The notes under the pieces are model-generated. The model was given only the letters and a program-made list of their open reading frames with translations, did not search any database and was not told where the DNA came from. The position numbers were made by a program, and so were the translations under genes. Positions 22,867 to 32,269 of a stretch of DNA of 49,738 nucleotides are shown here, in pieces (position 1 is the first letter of the stretch; each line of letters opens with the position of its first letter). The stretch spans positions 1 to 49,738 of the forward strand of contig JABHKE010000136.1 in NCBI GenBank assembly GCA_018692355.1, written 5' to 3'. This DNA is from Fidelibacterota bacterium. GTDB taxonomy: Bacteria > Fidelibacterota > Marinisomatia > Marinisomatales > UBA1611.

Positions 22867-23894
22867 GTTTAGATACAAAACCAAATATTGATTGGGACTC
22901 CTTGGGATTTAACGTTACGGAAACAAAAAGTATGTTTCGCTCCACCTGTGCCATAGGCGAGAAATGGTCTGGCGGTGATTTAATTCCTTACAGTGATATT
23001 TCTTTGTCTCCTTTTGCAGGTGTCCTGAATTATGGACAAGGTGTTTTTGAGGGGGTTAAAGCATTTCGCTCATCGAAAGGGAATGTGGTGCTTTTTCGGG
23101 CTGATATGAATGGAAAAAGAATGGCTTTTTCAACCCGACGAATTTGTATGCCAGAAATGGATCCAGACTTTTTTGTGGACGCTGTGATTAAAACAGTCAA
23201 AGATAATATAGATTATGTTCCGCCCTATGGACGGGGAAGCCTTTATATTCGTCCGGTTGTTTGGGGCACAGCGCCTATTCTTGGCGTGAGTCCAACATCT
23301 GAATATACTTTTATGGTTATCGTTTCACCGGTGGGTCCTTATTTTAAAGAAGGCATTAAACCGCTTAATTTAAAAGTGAATACTGATTACCATCGTGCGG
23401 CACCAAAAGGGATTGGGAATGCAAAAGCAATTGGAAATTATTCTGCATCTCTTTTCCCTCTTATGGAGGCCAAGGCAGAAGGTTTTGATGAAAATATTTA
23501 TTTAGATGCAAAAGATGAAAAGTTTGTAGAAGAATTAGGGTCTGCAAATGTGTTTATTTACAAGGATGGAGTATTAAAAACACCCGCTTTGAATGGATCA
23601 ATCCTAGGTGGAATCACACGACAATCAGTATGCCAGGTTGCATCGGATATTTTAGGAATTACCGTGAAAGAAACTGAAATCACAGTTGATGATCTTTTAA
23701 GCGCAGAAGAAGTTTTTTGTACGGGAACGGCTGTGGTTGTTACACCAGTTGGGAGAATAACCTACCAAGGGAAAACTACTGAGATAAATCAAAATCAAAT
23801 GGGACCAATAGCAAAGAAAATTAGGGAAATGCTTGTGGGAATTCAGCGTGAAGAAATTGAAGATCCATTCGGTTGGGTTCTGCCTGTAAACTAA
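22863..23894 (+). CDS. ilvE: Branched-chain amino acid aminotransferase
   Basis: LNYGQGVFEGVKA, LYIRP, KAIGNY (PLP Lys), EELGSANVF, ILGGITR, GTAVVV. Confidence 0.94.
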   Translation: MSLDTKPNIDWDSLGFNVTETKSMFRSTCAIGEKWSGGDLIPYSDISLSPFAGVLNYGQGVFEGVKAFRSSKGNVVLFRADMNGKRMAFSTRRICMPEMDPDFFVDAVIKTVKDNIDYVPPYGRGSLYIRPVVWGTAPILGVSPTSEYTFMVIVSPVGPYFKEGIKPLNLKVNTDYHRAAPKGIGNAKAIGNYSASLFPLMEAKAEGFDENIYLDAKDEKFVEELGSANVFIYKDGVLKTPALNGSILGGITRQSVCQVASDILGITVKETEITVDDLLSAEEVFCTGTAVVVTPVGRITYQGKTTEINQNQMGPIAKKIREMLVGIQREEIEDPFGWVLPVN

Positions 23895-23902
23895 ATAAAT
23901 CA

Positions 23903-24337
23903 ATGATAAATTCAAAAATACATCCACGAAGGATCGCACGTGAAGGTGTACTGCAAGCATTATATGCCCAACAGTTTTCTGAGGATGAACCCACTATTGT
24001 TTTAAACAGAATAATGGCTTTATATCCTGAAAAGAAAAAAAATTCCAAATTTATTTCATCTCTTTTTCAGTGTGTATTAGATCATATGGACTGGGCAAAT
24101 GATATGATTAAAAGTCACCTCCAAAATTGGGAATTTGACAGAGTGGCACAAATAGATCGGGTTTTATTAAGAATGGGCATCTGCGAAATATTTTACATGG
24201 ATGATATTCCACCCAAGGTTTCCATCAGCGAAATGGTGGAAATCTCCAAAGTGTACAGCACAGAAGAAAGTTCAGGATTCATCAATGGGATTCTGGATGC
24301 GGTTTATAAAGAATTTCAACAAAAAAATAAGAATTAA
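23903..24337 (+). CDS. nusB: Transcription antitermination factor NusB
   Basis: RRIAREGVLQALY, NWEFDRVAQIDR, FINGILD. Start is ATG 23903. Confidence 0.94.
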   Translation: MINSKIHPRRIAREGVLQALYAQQFSEDEPTIVLNRIMALYPEKKKNSKFISSLFQCVLDHMDWANDMIKSHLQNWEFDRVAQIDRVLLRMGICEIFYMDDIPPKVSISEMVEISKVYSTEESSGFINGILDAVYKEFQQKNKN

Positions 24338-24342
24338 TTAAA

Positions 24343-27300
24343 ATGATACTAGCAAAATTTTTTGGTACAAAATCTGATCGGGAGATGAAAAAACTCCTTC
24401 CTACCTTGGACAAGATAAACCAACTATATGAGACATTCTCTTCCAAAACAGATGAAGATCTGGTCACTCGAACACAAGAATTGAAAGAGTTTGTGATCAA
24501 TCAGCGTTTAGAGAAAGCTCAATCTCTCCATGCAGATATGGATCAACAGGAGCGAGAAGCAGAGATCTTAAAAGCGGAGCAAGGTGCCCTCGATTTTATC
24601 ATGGTAGAAGCTTTTGCCATCGTGAAAGAAACGTGCCGTAGAATTTGCGGGTCTTCTTGGCGTATCTCTGGTCAAGAAACACTCTGGGAAATGGTTCCAT
24701 ATGATGTTCAGCTATTGGGCGCTATTACGCTTCATTCCGGCAAAGTTTCTGAAATGAAAACCGGTGAAGGAAAAACACTTGTCTCCACCATGCCCATATA
24801 TTTGAATGCACTTTCCGGTAGAGGTGTTCACGTGATAACTGTGAATGATTATCTCGCTCAACGTGATGCAGAATGGATGGGAGAAGTGTATAAACGATTG
24901 GGACTTACTGTCGGATTTATTTTGAATTCAATGGACAATGTTCAACGTAGGGAAATGTATGATCGGGATATTACTTATGGTACAAATAACGAATTTGGTT
25001 TCGATTATCTTCGTGACAACATGGCACTTCAGAAAGAAGATAAGGTTCAGCGTGGTCATGCTTTTGCAGTTGTTGATGAGGTAGATAGTGTTCTTATTGA
25101 TGAAGCCCGAACACCTTTGATCATTTCCGGTGCTGTGGATGCCCCTGTAGATGAAACGTTTTCCACTCTAAAACCTGGTGTTCAACAATTGGTGAAAAAA
25201 CAAACTGCTCTTGTCTCCGAGCTTGTCCAGGAAGCCAAAAAATTATTGAAAGATGAGGATGAGGATGCTGCCGGATTAAAACTGCTCCAAGCCCAACGAG
25301 GCATGCCAAAACATCGGCAGGTCATGAAGATATTCCAGGAAACAGGCATGTTAAAGTTGGCTCAGGATATAGAATCCATTTATATCCGTGATAAGAAAAT
25401 GGATGAGGTAGATGAAGACCTTTATTTTGCTATTGAAGAAAAAAGTCATGTCATGGATTTGACTGATAAGGGCCGAAATTTACTGGCGCCAGATAATCCT
25501 GAAACATTTATAATTCCGGACTTGGGTGAAATGCTTTTAGAGATTGATGAGATGGGTGACCTTTCTTCAATTGAAAAGGAACAGGAAAAAGAGAAAGCCC
25601 ACCAACTCCACGCGCAACGAAGCGGGACTATCCATAATTTTAATCAATTGCTCCGTGCTTTCACTATGTATGAAAAAGATGTGGAATATGTTCTACAGGA
25701 TGGGAAGGTAATGATTGTGGATGAATTCACGGGCCGGGTTCTTTCAGGTCGTCGTTATTCCGATGGGCTTCACCAGGCTTTGGAAGCAAAAGAAAATGTC
25801 CGAATTGAAAGAGAAACCCAAACATTGGCCACCATTACCATCCAAAATTATTTCAGGCTTTATGATAAATTGGCAGGGATGACAGGAACTGCAGAAACTG
25901 AAGCAGAAGAATTGGGGTCCATCTATGGATTGGATGTGACAGTGGTACCAACTCATCGGGATATTATCCGGGATGATCGGGAAGACCTGGTTTATAAAAC
26001 AAAACGGGAAAAATATAATGCGGCTATTGACGAGATCTCTGAATGTCATCATCGCGGTCAACCTGTTTTAGTTGGAACAATTTCTGTAGAAATTTCTGAA
26101 TTATTGGCACGTATGCTAAAACGGAATAATATACCCCATAATGTTTTGAACGCAAAACAGCACCAAAATGAGGCCGAAATTGTGGCTCGTGCCGGTCAAC
26201 GAGGCGCTGTTACGATTGCAACCAATATGGCTGGCCGGGGAACCGATATTAAACTGGGTGAAGGGATTAAGGAATTAGGTGGGCTCCATATTATTGGAAC
26301 AGAACGCCATGAATCGCGTCGAATTGATTTGCAGTTACGAGGACGAAGTGGTCGACAAGGTGACCCGGGCTCATCCCGTTTTTATTTATCACTTGAAGAT
26401 GATTTGATGCGTCTATTCAGTTCAGATCGTGTGGCTACCATTATGGATAAAATGGGAATAGAAGAAGGTGAGGTCATTTCTGCGAAAATGGTCACACGAG
26501 CCATTTCTAATGCGCAAAAAAAAGTGGAGGTTCGAAATTTTGGTATTCGGAAACATCTTCTTGAATATGATGATGTGATGAATCAACAACGGCAGGTAGT
26601 TTATGATATTCGTAACCAGGCTTTATCTGGAGAAGATATGTACGAGACAACCGAGCAGATCTTGGATGATTTTATCATGGATGAAATCGAAGCCCAATCT
26701 TTTATGGGAACACCGGACATGTGGGATTGGGATCATTTGAAACAATCTTTTGCTTCTCATATCTTAGTAGATGCATCTTTAGAGCAGATCCAGACGTCAA
26801 CTGGGAATATAGATCTAACTGCAAATGATATTGCAGATTGGATCGGAGAAGATGCAAGATCCATTTATAAAGCAAGGGAATCCTTGCTACCGGAAGATGC
26901 GTTACGTGGGTTCGAACGATTTGTCATTCTGCGAACTATCGATGATAAATGGAAAGATCACCTTTATGCCATGGATCAGTTGAGAGAAGGGATCAATCTT
27001 CGCGCTTATGGACAGAAGAATCCACTTTTAGAATACAAATCAGAAGGATTCAAAATGTTTCAGGAAATGATGACAGACATGAATTCTGTTACGGTTCAAC
27101 GATTATTCAGGACACAACTTCAAGGGATGGATCAAACACAGGGTGTTCAGGAACGATCTGTCAGAAATGTCCAAACATCTCATCAAGATACAACTGGCAT
27201 GGGATTTCAAGGGCAGCCAGATGGGCAAAAAGGAAACCAGCCCCAACAGGTTCGAACACCAGTCCAAGTTGGAGAAAAACATGGTCGGAATGAAAAGATA

Positions 27301-27390
27301 ACGGTTCGAGGTCCCGATGGAAAACAAATTGAGATTAAATATAAAAAACTCCAGAATTATTTAAATAGAGGATATACTCAGGTGTCATAA
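24343..27390 (+). CDS. secA: Preprotein translocase subunit SecA
   Basis: MKTGEGKT, VNDYLAQRD, VDEVDSVLIDEARTPLIISG, ATNMAGRGTDI, QLRGRSGRQGDPG. Confidence 0.98.
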   Translation: MILAKFFGTKSDREMKKLLPTLDKINQLYETFSSKTDEDLVTRTQELKEFVINQRLEKAQSLHADMDQQEREAEILKAEQGALDFIMVEAFAIVKETCRRICGSSWRISGQETLWEMVPYDVQLLGAITLHSGKVSEMKTGEGKTLVSTMPIYLNALSGRGVHVITVNDYLAQRDAEWMGEVYKRLGLTVGFILNSMDNVQRREMYDRDITYGTNNEFGFDYLRDNMALQKEDKVQRGHAFAVVDEVDSVLIDEARTPLIISGAVDAPVDETFSTLKPGVQQLVKKQTALVSELVQEAKKLLKDEDEDAAGLKLLQAQRGMPKHRQVMKIFQETGMLKLAQDIESIYIRDKKMDEVDEDLYFAIEEKSHVMDLTDKGRNLLAPDNPETFIIPDLGEMLLEIDEMGDLSSIEKEQEKEKAHQLHAQRSGTIHNFNQLLRAFTMYEKDVEYVLQDGKVMIVDEFTGRVLSGRRYSDGLHQALEAKENVRIERETQTLATITIQNYFRLYDKLAGMTGTAETEAEELGSIYGLDVTVVPTHRDIIRDDREDLVYKTKREKYNAAIDEISECHHRGQPVLVGTISVEISELLARMLKRNNIPHNVLNAKQHQNEAEIVARAGQRGAVTIATNMAGRGTDIKLGEGIKELGGLHIIGTERHESRRIDLQLRGRSGRQGDPGSSRFYLSLEDDLMRLFSSDRVATIMDKMGIEEGEVISAKMVTRAISNAQKKVEVRNFGIRKHLLEYDDVMNQQRQVVYDIRNQALSGEDMYETTEQILDDFIMDEIEAQSFMGTPDMWDWDHLKQSFASHILVDASLEQIQTSTGNIDLTANDIADWIGEDARSIYKARESLLPEDALRGFERFVILRTIDDKWKDHLYAMDQLREGINLRAYGQKNPLLEYKSEGFKMFQEMMTDMNSVTVQRLFRTQLQGMDQTQGVQERSVRNVQTSHQDTTGMGFQGQPDGQKGNQPQQVRTPVQVGEKHGRNEKITVRGPDGKQIEIKYKKLQNYLNRGYTQVS

Positions 27391-28556
27391 TGTCGGAAAA
27401 ATTACGGTTCGAAACTAAAGCGATTCATGTTGGAAATATACCGGATGAAGAAACTGGAGCTGTGTCGCCTCCGATTCACTTTACATCAACATATCAGCAA
27501 AGTGGTGTGGGCAAAAACCGTGGTTTTGATTATTCACGTGCAGCCAATCCAACTCGACAGCGATATGAAGAAAATATTGCATCGTTGGAAAGTGGGAATT
27601 ATGGAATTGCATTTGCCAGTGGGATGGCCGCCACAACAGCTCTATTCCAAACCTTGACCCATGGAGATCATGTTATTATTGGTAGGAATACTTATGGTGG
27701 TACCTACCGAATGGCGGTTGAAGTTTTATCCAAACATGGTTTTTATTTTGAGTTTGTAGATACGAAGTTTTTGGATCAAGTTGAAAATGTAATCAAGCCA
27801 AATACAAAATGGATCTTTCTTGAAACACCAACTAATCCGTTATTGGAATTATGTGATATAAAAGCAATTGCACAGTTATGCAAATCGCATAATGTTAAGT
27901 TGGCTGTTGATAACACTTTTATGAGTCCTTATGGACAAAACCCTTTAGCGTTTGGTGCAGATTTGGTCATGCACAGTGCCACAAAATCTATTGGTGGGCA
28001 TAGTGATTTGCTAGGTGGGGTATTAATAACAAATGAAAAAGAATTGGCAGACCAACTTTATTTTATCCAAAAATCTGGTGGAGCTGTGCCGAGTCCATTT
28101 GATTGTTGGATGTTGCTTCGTAGCACAAAAACCATGGGGCTTCGTGTTCAGAAACAATCGGATAATGCCATGACATTAGCACATCGGTTAGAATCTCATC
28201 CATCCATTGAATCAATCATGTATCCCGGTCTTGAATCTCACCCTCAGTTTGAATTGGCAAAGTGTCAGCAACTTAATTCAGACGGAGTACCCATCTTTGG
28301 TAGCATCATTTCTATGGAGTTGGGATCGGTGGAAGCACGTGATTATTTTTTATCAAAAATTCAATTATTTACTTTAGCAGAAAGTCTTGGTGGCGTAGAA
28401 AGTTTGGTATGTGTTCCATTTGGCATGACTCATGGATCCGTGCCAGTGGAAATCAAAAATGAAATAGGGCTCACGGAGTGCCTAATTCGTTTATCGGTTG
28501 GTATTGAACATGTTGAAGATTTATATGTCGATATTACCCAAGCATTGAAAAAATAA
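27390..28556 (+). CDS. Cystathionine gamma-synthase/gamma-lyase family PLP enzyme
   Basis: YSRAANPTR, FASGMAA, ETPTNP, DNTF, HSATKSIGGHSD, AESLGGVESL. Confidence 0.92.
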   Translation: MSEKLRFETKAIHVGNIPDEETGAVSPPIHFTSTYQQSGVGKNRGFDYSRAANPTRQRYEENIASLESGNYGIAFASGMAATTALFQTLTHGDHVIIGRNTYGGTYRMAVEVLSKHGFYFEFVDTKFLDQVENVIKPNTKWIFLETPTNPLLELCDIKAIAQLCKSHNVKLAVDNTFMSPYGQNPLAFGADLVMHSATKSIGGHSDLLGGVLITNEKELADQLYFIQKSGGAVPSPFDCWMLLRSTKTMGLRVQKQSDNAMTLAHRLESHPSIESIMYPGLESHPQFELAKCQQLNSDGVPIFGSIISMELGSVEARDYFLSKIQLFTLAESLGGVESLVCVPFGMTHGSVPVEIKNEIGLTECLIRLSVGIEHVEDLYVDITQALKK

Positions 28557-28690
28557 ATTATGAGTGAATTATCGGTAGAAAATCGTTATTTTAATGAAAG
28601 ACATTTGGCTCTATCTTCGAGAATATTAAAGGAGATTTGTCTAATTATTATTTTTCACCTTTTAAATTTTCAAAATTGTCGGAGGACAAT

Positions 28691-31600
28691 ATGATCTTAT
28701 TGCGAAGAACTTTTAATCCATTAGTCCTTTTAATGGTACTGGTTGGATTTGCATTTCCAAATGTTACGGTATCACTGAGTGACGTAGAGGTAGATGGATA
28801 TACTGCGGACATTATCGTCCCAGTGAACCTGAGCAATCCCAACGATGGCGTCGGAGGGTTCCAATTCGACGTAATTGCTGTGCCTGCATTAGTTCAACTT
28901 TCAGATGTAACGCTATCTGATGAAGAAAATTTCAGTGCAGATTATACTGTTTTTGGAGATGGCTCCGGTCGCGTTGTTTTTTATTCAAATAATGCCACGG
29001 GTATTGCTGCAGGTGGTAACGGTGTCGTTTTAAATCTTCATTTTGATGGATCAGCTATTTTATCTGCATCTTTGGATTTGGAGATGTTTTCATTGACTGT
29101 AAGTGATGAGGATGGAAACGTATTAGAAAGCAGTACAGAGGGCGGATCAATTACAATTGGAAATGTTGTTACAATAAGTGCAACATCTGACACGGGTGAT
29201 GTGGATGAAGAAGTTTTTCTCGATATTAATTTAGATAATCCTGGGATTGTCGGAGGTCTCCAGTTTGATCTTTATGATACACCCGACTATCTTGATGTAT
29301 CTGGTTTTACTACCACAGAACGTTCAAGCGGATTTTCTGTGGATTATACCCAATTAGACAATGGGATTACTCGTGTTATTATGTATGACGGCAACAATGG
29401 TAATATTGCTCCAGGTGAAGGTGCAATATTGAATATGACTATGACTGTTCATACGAACGCCTACAATTCAAATGTTGGCGTGAATTTTGAGAATACGATT
29501 GTCACAGATGAAATTGGCGGAACATATTGGGTTGCTGGTGCAGATTCTGGAACAGTTACAGTTACTCCAGGCTATATTGAAGAGCCACATAATTTAGAAG
29601 CACAAGATGGAATGGATGCACAGGTTCTTTTATCATGGGATGCTCCCTATGGGCCAATCCCTGAAGATTTTGAAGAAGATTTTGAAGAAGGTGAAATTCC
29701 AGAAAGTTGGACGATGACCACCAACTCTGCCCAGGGCTGGTTCATTACGCAGGATGGTTCAAGTGCATTCTGGACCGTCCCCTCCCACACCTGGTATATG
29801 TGCTCCAATGATGATATGGCTGATGATGATGGTTCCGTGGATTATTTGATTACACCGCCCATCAATGTTAGCGGGGCAGAAAGTATCATTTTGAATTTTG
29901 CATCTTATTATGATGGTGCATTCAGTCAAACAGCTCATATCGAAGTGAGTACTGATGGGTCAAATTTCACGGAAGTTACTTCATTGAATCCCACATCAGA
30001 ATGGGTTATGGAATCTATAGATTTATCTGAATACGGTGGTGCACCAAATCTTTACATTGCATTTCATTCCAATGATAACGGGGCTTGGGCATCTGGTTGG
30101 GCTGTGGACGATATCATGATTAATTTTAGTGCAAGGTCAGTTGAACAAACCGTTCATTTTAATTTGACTGAAACAGGTGCCTGGGTTGTTACTGCTGATA
30201 AGGAAGATGTGATTCAACGTTTTGGCGGTGGAATTCCTTATGAAGTAAGGGTGGATATTGATAATCCTATCACACATGAGACTCGTCCCGTAGAAATTGA
30301 TGCCTACAAAGTGTACCGATCTTATAATGAAGATAGCGATTTTGAAGAAATTGCGGAAGTAGATGGCAATACAACAATCTATCTAGATGAAGGTGTAGTT
30401 AACAGTACTACTTATTATTATCATGTTACAGCTATTTACCCGGATGGTACTGAATCCCAGCCTACCAACACAGTCTCTGCAACGCCGGTCGAATGGGTTG
30501 AATTGTGGATGGATGATGGTGCTTCACTCACAGGGCAAATGGATACATTGGATTTTTACATCAATAATGAAACAGATCTTGGACTGTTTTACTTTGAAAT
30601 TGTGGATTATCCAGATGTAATTAGCAGTATGAATGTTATTCCCACGGAAAGAACTTCGAATTGGTCCATTGAGATTTCAAATCAGGGGAATGGTACTATT
30701 GCTATTACTGGTATAAGTCTTGGAGATCCCCTAACAGCTGGGGATGGAGCTGTGTGCCGCGCTATTCTTTACCCTGATGCAGATGAGGCAATGACCGTTT
30801 CACTTTCCTATTCTAACGGCACTGCTATTCAGGACGTAAACTTTGTTGGTTTGAATTGGACCAGCGAAAGTGCAACCTATGAGGTAGGGATTGAAACACA
30901 ATATATCACTTTAACCGGTGGTTATGGGGATGATGGTGGTAACTTTACATCTTCATTAATTTTAGAGAATACACAATCGGTTTATGGACTTCAATTGGAT
31001 ATAGCATCTGATCCGCCATTTATGATGGGGACCGAAGTGAACGTAAGTGACGCCCATAATTTTTCTGACTGGGAAGTATCAGGAATGGTGATTGGGAATT
31101 ATTATCGAGTAACCTTGGTGAACAATGCTCATAATTCACCAATCAATCCAGGAATCTCTCATATAGCTGATATTACATTTGAAATTCCTGCCGGCACACC
31201 AGATGCATCCATAGTTATTTTGGATTTACAGGATGCTGAGATTACAGATCTTAATGATTTGCCCATGCATGCCGAATCAATCCCGGGTGAGGTCTATATC
31301 GGAATTCCACCTGCAGCTTACACAATCCAAAACACGTCTGGTGTACTTATTCCAGGTGGGACTGGAACATTCGATGTTCACTTAGATAATACTGAATTAG
31401 TGGGGACATTGCAATTTACATTAGTTGATATTCCTGAAAGTATGACAGTAACAAACGTAACTCCTGTGGGTCGATTCGATGATGGAATAGTAGATGGTAG
31501 TTCGGAAGAACAAGAAGATGGTTCTTATTATTTCCTTGGGTATGATTTTTCTTCAGGGATTGAAGCAGGGTCTGGGCCCATTCTTGAATTTGAGGTTCAA

Positions 31601-32032
31601 TTTGATGACAACTTGGATAATTCATCCATTATTATGTCAATGGCCAGTTATGCTACTGGAGATGCGGGTGCAAACCCACTGACAACCGTTTTCCATGGTT
31701 TTGGCCAGTTTGCAGGATATTTTGTTGCCTTGGATGAAGAAGTAAGCATTCCTGGTGAATTTGCCCTACATCCAAACTTTCCGAATCCATTCAATCCAAC
31801 AACAATGATCGCTTATGATTTGCCTGATGCATCAGATGTACAGTTGGATATTTATGATCTCATGGGAAGGAATATCAATAGGGTTGTTAATCAATACCAA
31901 TCTGCCGGTCGTCATTTTGTAACTTGGAATGCAAATGATTTTCTTGGTAATCAAGTTAGTGCTGGTGTTTATCTCTATAGGCTGCAAGCAGGGAATATTA
32001 TATTCACCCGCAAAATGGTTTTGATGAAATAA
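28691..32032 (+). CDS. Large secreted acidic protein: 5 cohesin-like modules, FN3 with inserted cleaved-adhesin-like domain, FlgD/T9SS-type C-terminal domain
   Basis: GGAGG RBS before ATG 28691; signal peptide; repeated 'L.N...V.G.QF.' modules; C-terminal FPNPFNPTT.I.Y...YDLMGR...GVYLYRL...KMVLMK. Confidence 0.8.
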   Translation: MILLRRTFNPLVLLMVLVGFAFPNVTVSLSDVEVDGYTADIIVPVNLSNPNDGVGGFQFDVIAVPALVQLSDVTLSDEENFSADYTVFGDGSGRVVFYSNNATGIAAGGNGVVLNLHFDGSAILSASLDLEMFSLTVSDEDGNVLESSTEGGSITIGNVVTISATSDTGDVDEEVFLDINLDNPGIVGGLQFDLYDTPDYLDVSGFTTTERSSGFSVDYTQLDNGITRVIMYDGNNGNIAPGEGAILNMTMTVHTNAYNSNVGVNFENTIVTDEIGGTYWVAGADSGTVTVTPGYIEEPHNLEAQDGMDAQVLLSWDAPYGPIPEDFEEDFEEGEIPESWTMTTNSAQGWFITQDGSSAFWTVPSHTWYMCSNDDMADDDGSVDYLITPPINVSGAESIILNFASYYDGAFSQTAHIEVSTDGSNFTEVTSLNPTSEWVMESIDLSEYGGAPNLYIAFHSNDNGAWASGWAVDDIMINFSARSVEQTVHFNLTETGAWVVTADKEDVIQRFGGGIPYEVRVDIDNPITHETRPVEIDAYKVYRSYNEDSDFEEIAEVDGNTTIYLDEGVVNSTTYYYHVTAIYPDGTESQPTNTVSATPVEWVELWMDDGASLTGQMDTLDFYINNETDLGLFYFEIVDYPDVISSMNVIPTERTSNWSIEISNQGNGTIAITGISLGDPLTAGDGAVCRAILYPDADEAMTVSLSYSNGTAIQDVNFVGLNWTSESATYEVGIETQYITLTGGYGDDGGNFTSSLILENTQSVYGLQLDIASDPPFMMGTEVNVSDAHNFSDWEVSGMVIGNYYRVTLVNNAHNSPINPGISHIADITFEIPAGTPDASIVILDLQDAEITDLNDLPMHAESIPGEVYIGIPPAAYTIQNTSGVLIPGGTGTFDVHLDNTELVGTLQFTLVDIPESMTVTNVTPVGRFDDGIVDGSSEEQEDGSYYFLGYDFSSGIEAGSGPILEFEVQFDDNLDNSSIIMSMASYATGDAGANPLTTVFHGFGQFAGYFVALDEEVSIPGEFALHPNFPNPFNPTTMIAYDLPDASDVQLDIYDLMGRNINRVVNQYQSAGRHFVTWNANDFLGNQVSAGVYLYRLQAGNIIFTRKMVLMK

Positions 32033-32054
32033 TCTGACTCAGACAGAGCAATTT

Positions 32055-32089
32055 AAAAAGCCCTTTTCCTGTAGGTGAAGGGCTTTTTT
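32055..32089. terminator. Intrinsic terminator after the large secreted protein gene
   Basis: AAAAAGCCCTT-ttcctgtaggtg-AAGGGCTTTTTT. Confidence 0.85.
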
Positions 32090-32126
32090 ATTGATAAAAA
32101 TTTGTAATTTATCACCCCAATTATTT

Positions 32127-32209
32127 GCCGCGGTGGTGGAATTGGTAGACACGCCAGATTTAGGATCTGGTGCCCTTTGGGTGTGAAGGTTCGAGCCCTT
32201 TCCGCGGTA
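32127..32209 (+). tRNA. tRNA-Leu (anticodon TAG)
   Basis: GCCGCGG/CCGCGGT acceptor stem, TGGTGGAATTGGTAGACAC D arm, CCAGA-TTTAGGA-TCTGG anticodon arm, long variable arm, GGTTCGAGCCC T arm; CCA is not encoded. Confidence 0.96.
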
Positions 32210-32210
32210 C

Positions 32211-32249
32211 AAAAAAAGCCATCCGTCAATAGGCGGAAGGCTTTTTTTT
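32211..32249. terminator. Bidirectional terminator between the tRNA and the cox operon
   Basis: A7-GCCATCCGTC-aata-GGCGGAAGGC-T8 between convergent transcripts. Confidence 0.85.
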
Positions 32250-32269
32250 AAATCTATTAGTTCTGATTT

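Noticed and set aside
29663-29691. Short tandem repeat GAAGATTTTGAA x2
   Set aside because: Simply encodes EDFEEDFEE at the start of the adhesin-like domain; not an array.
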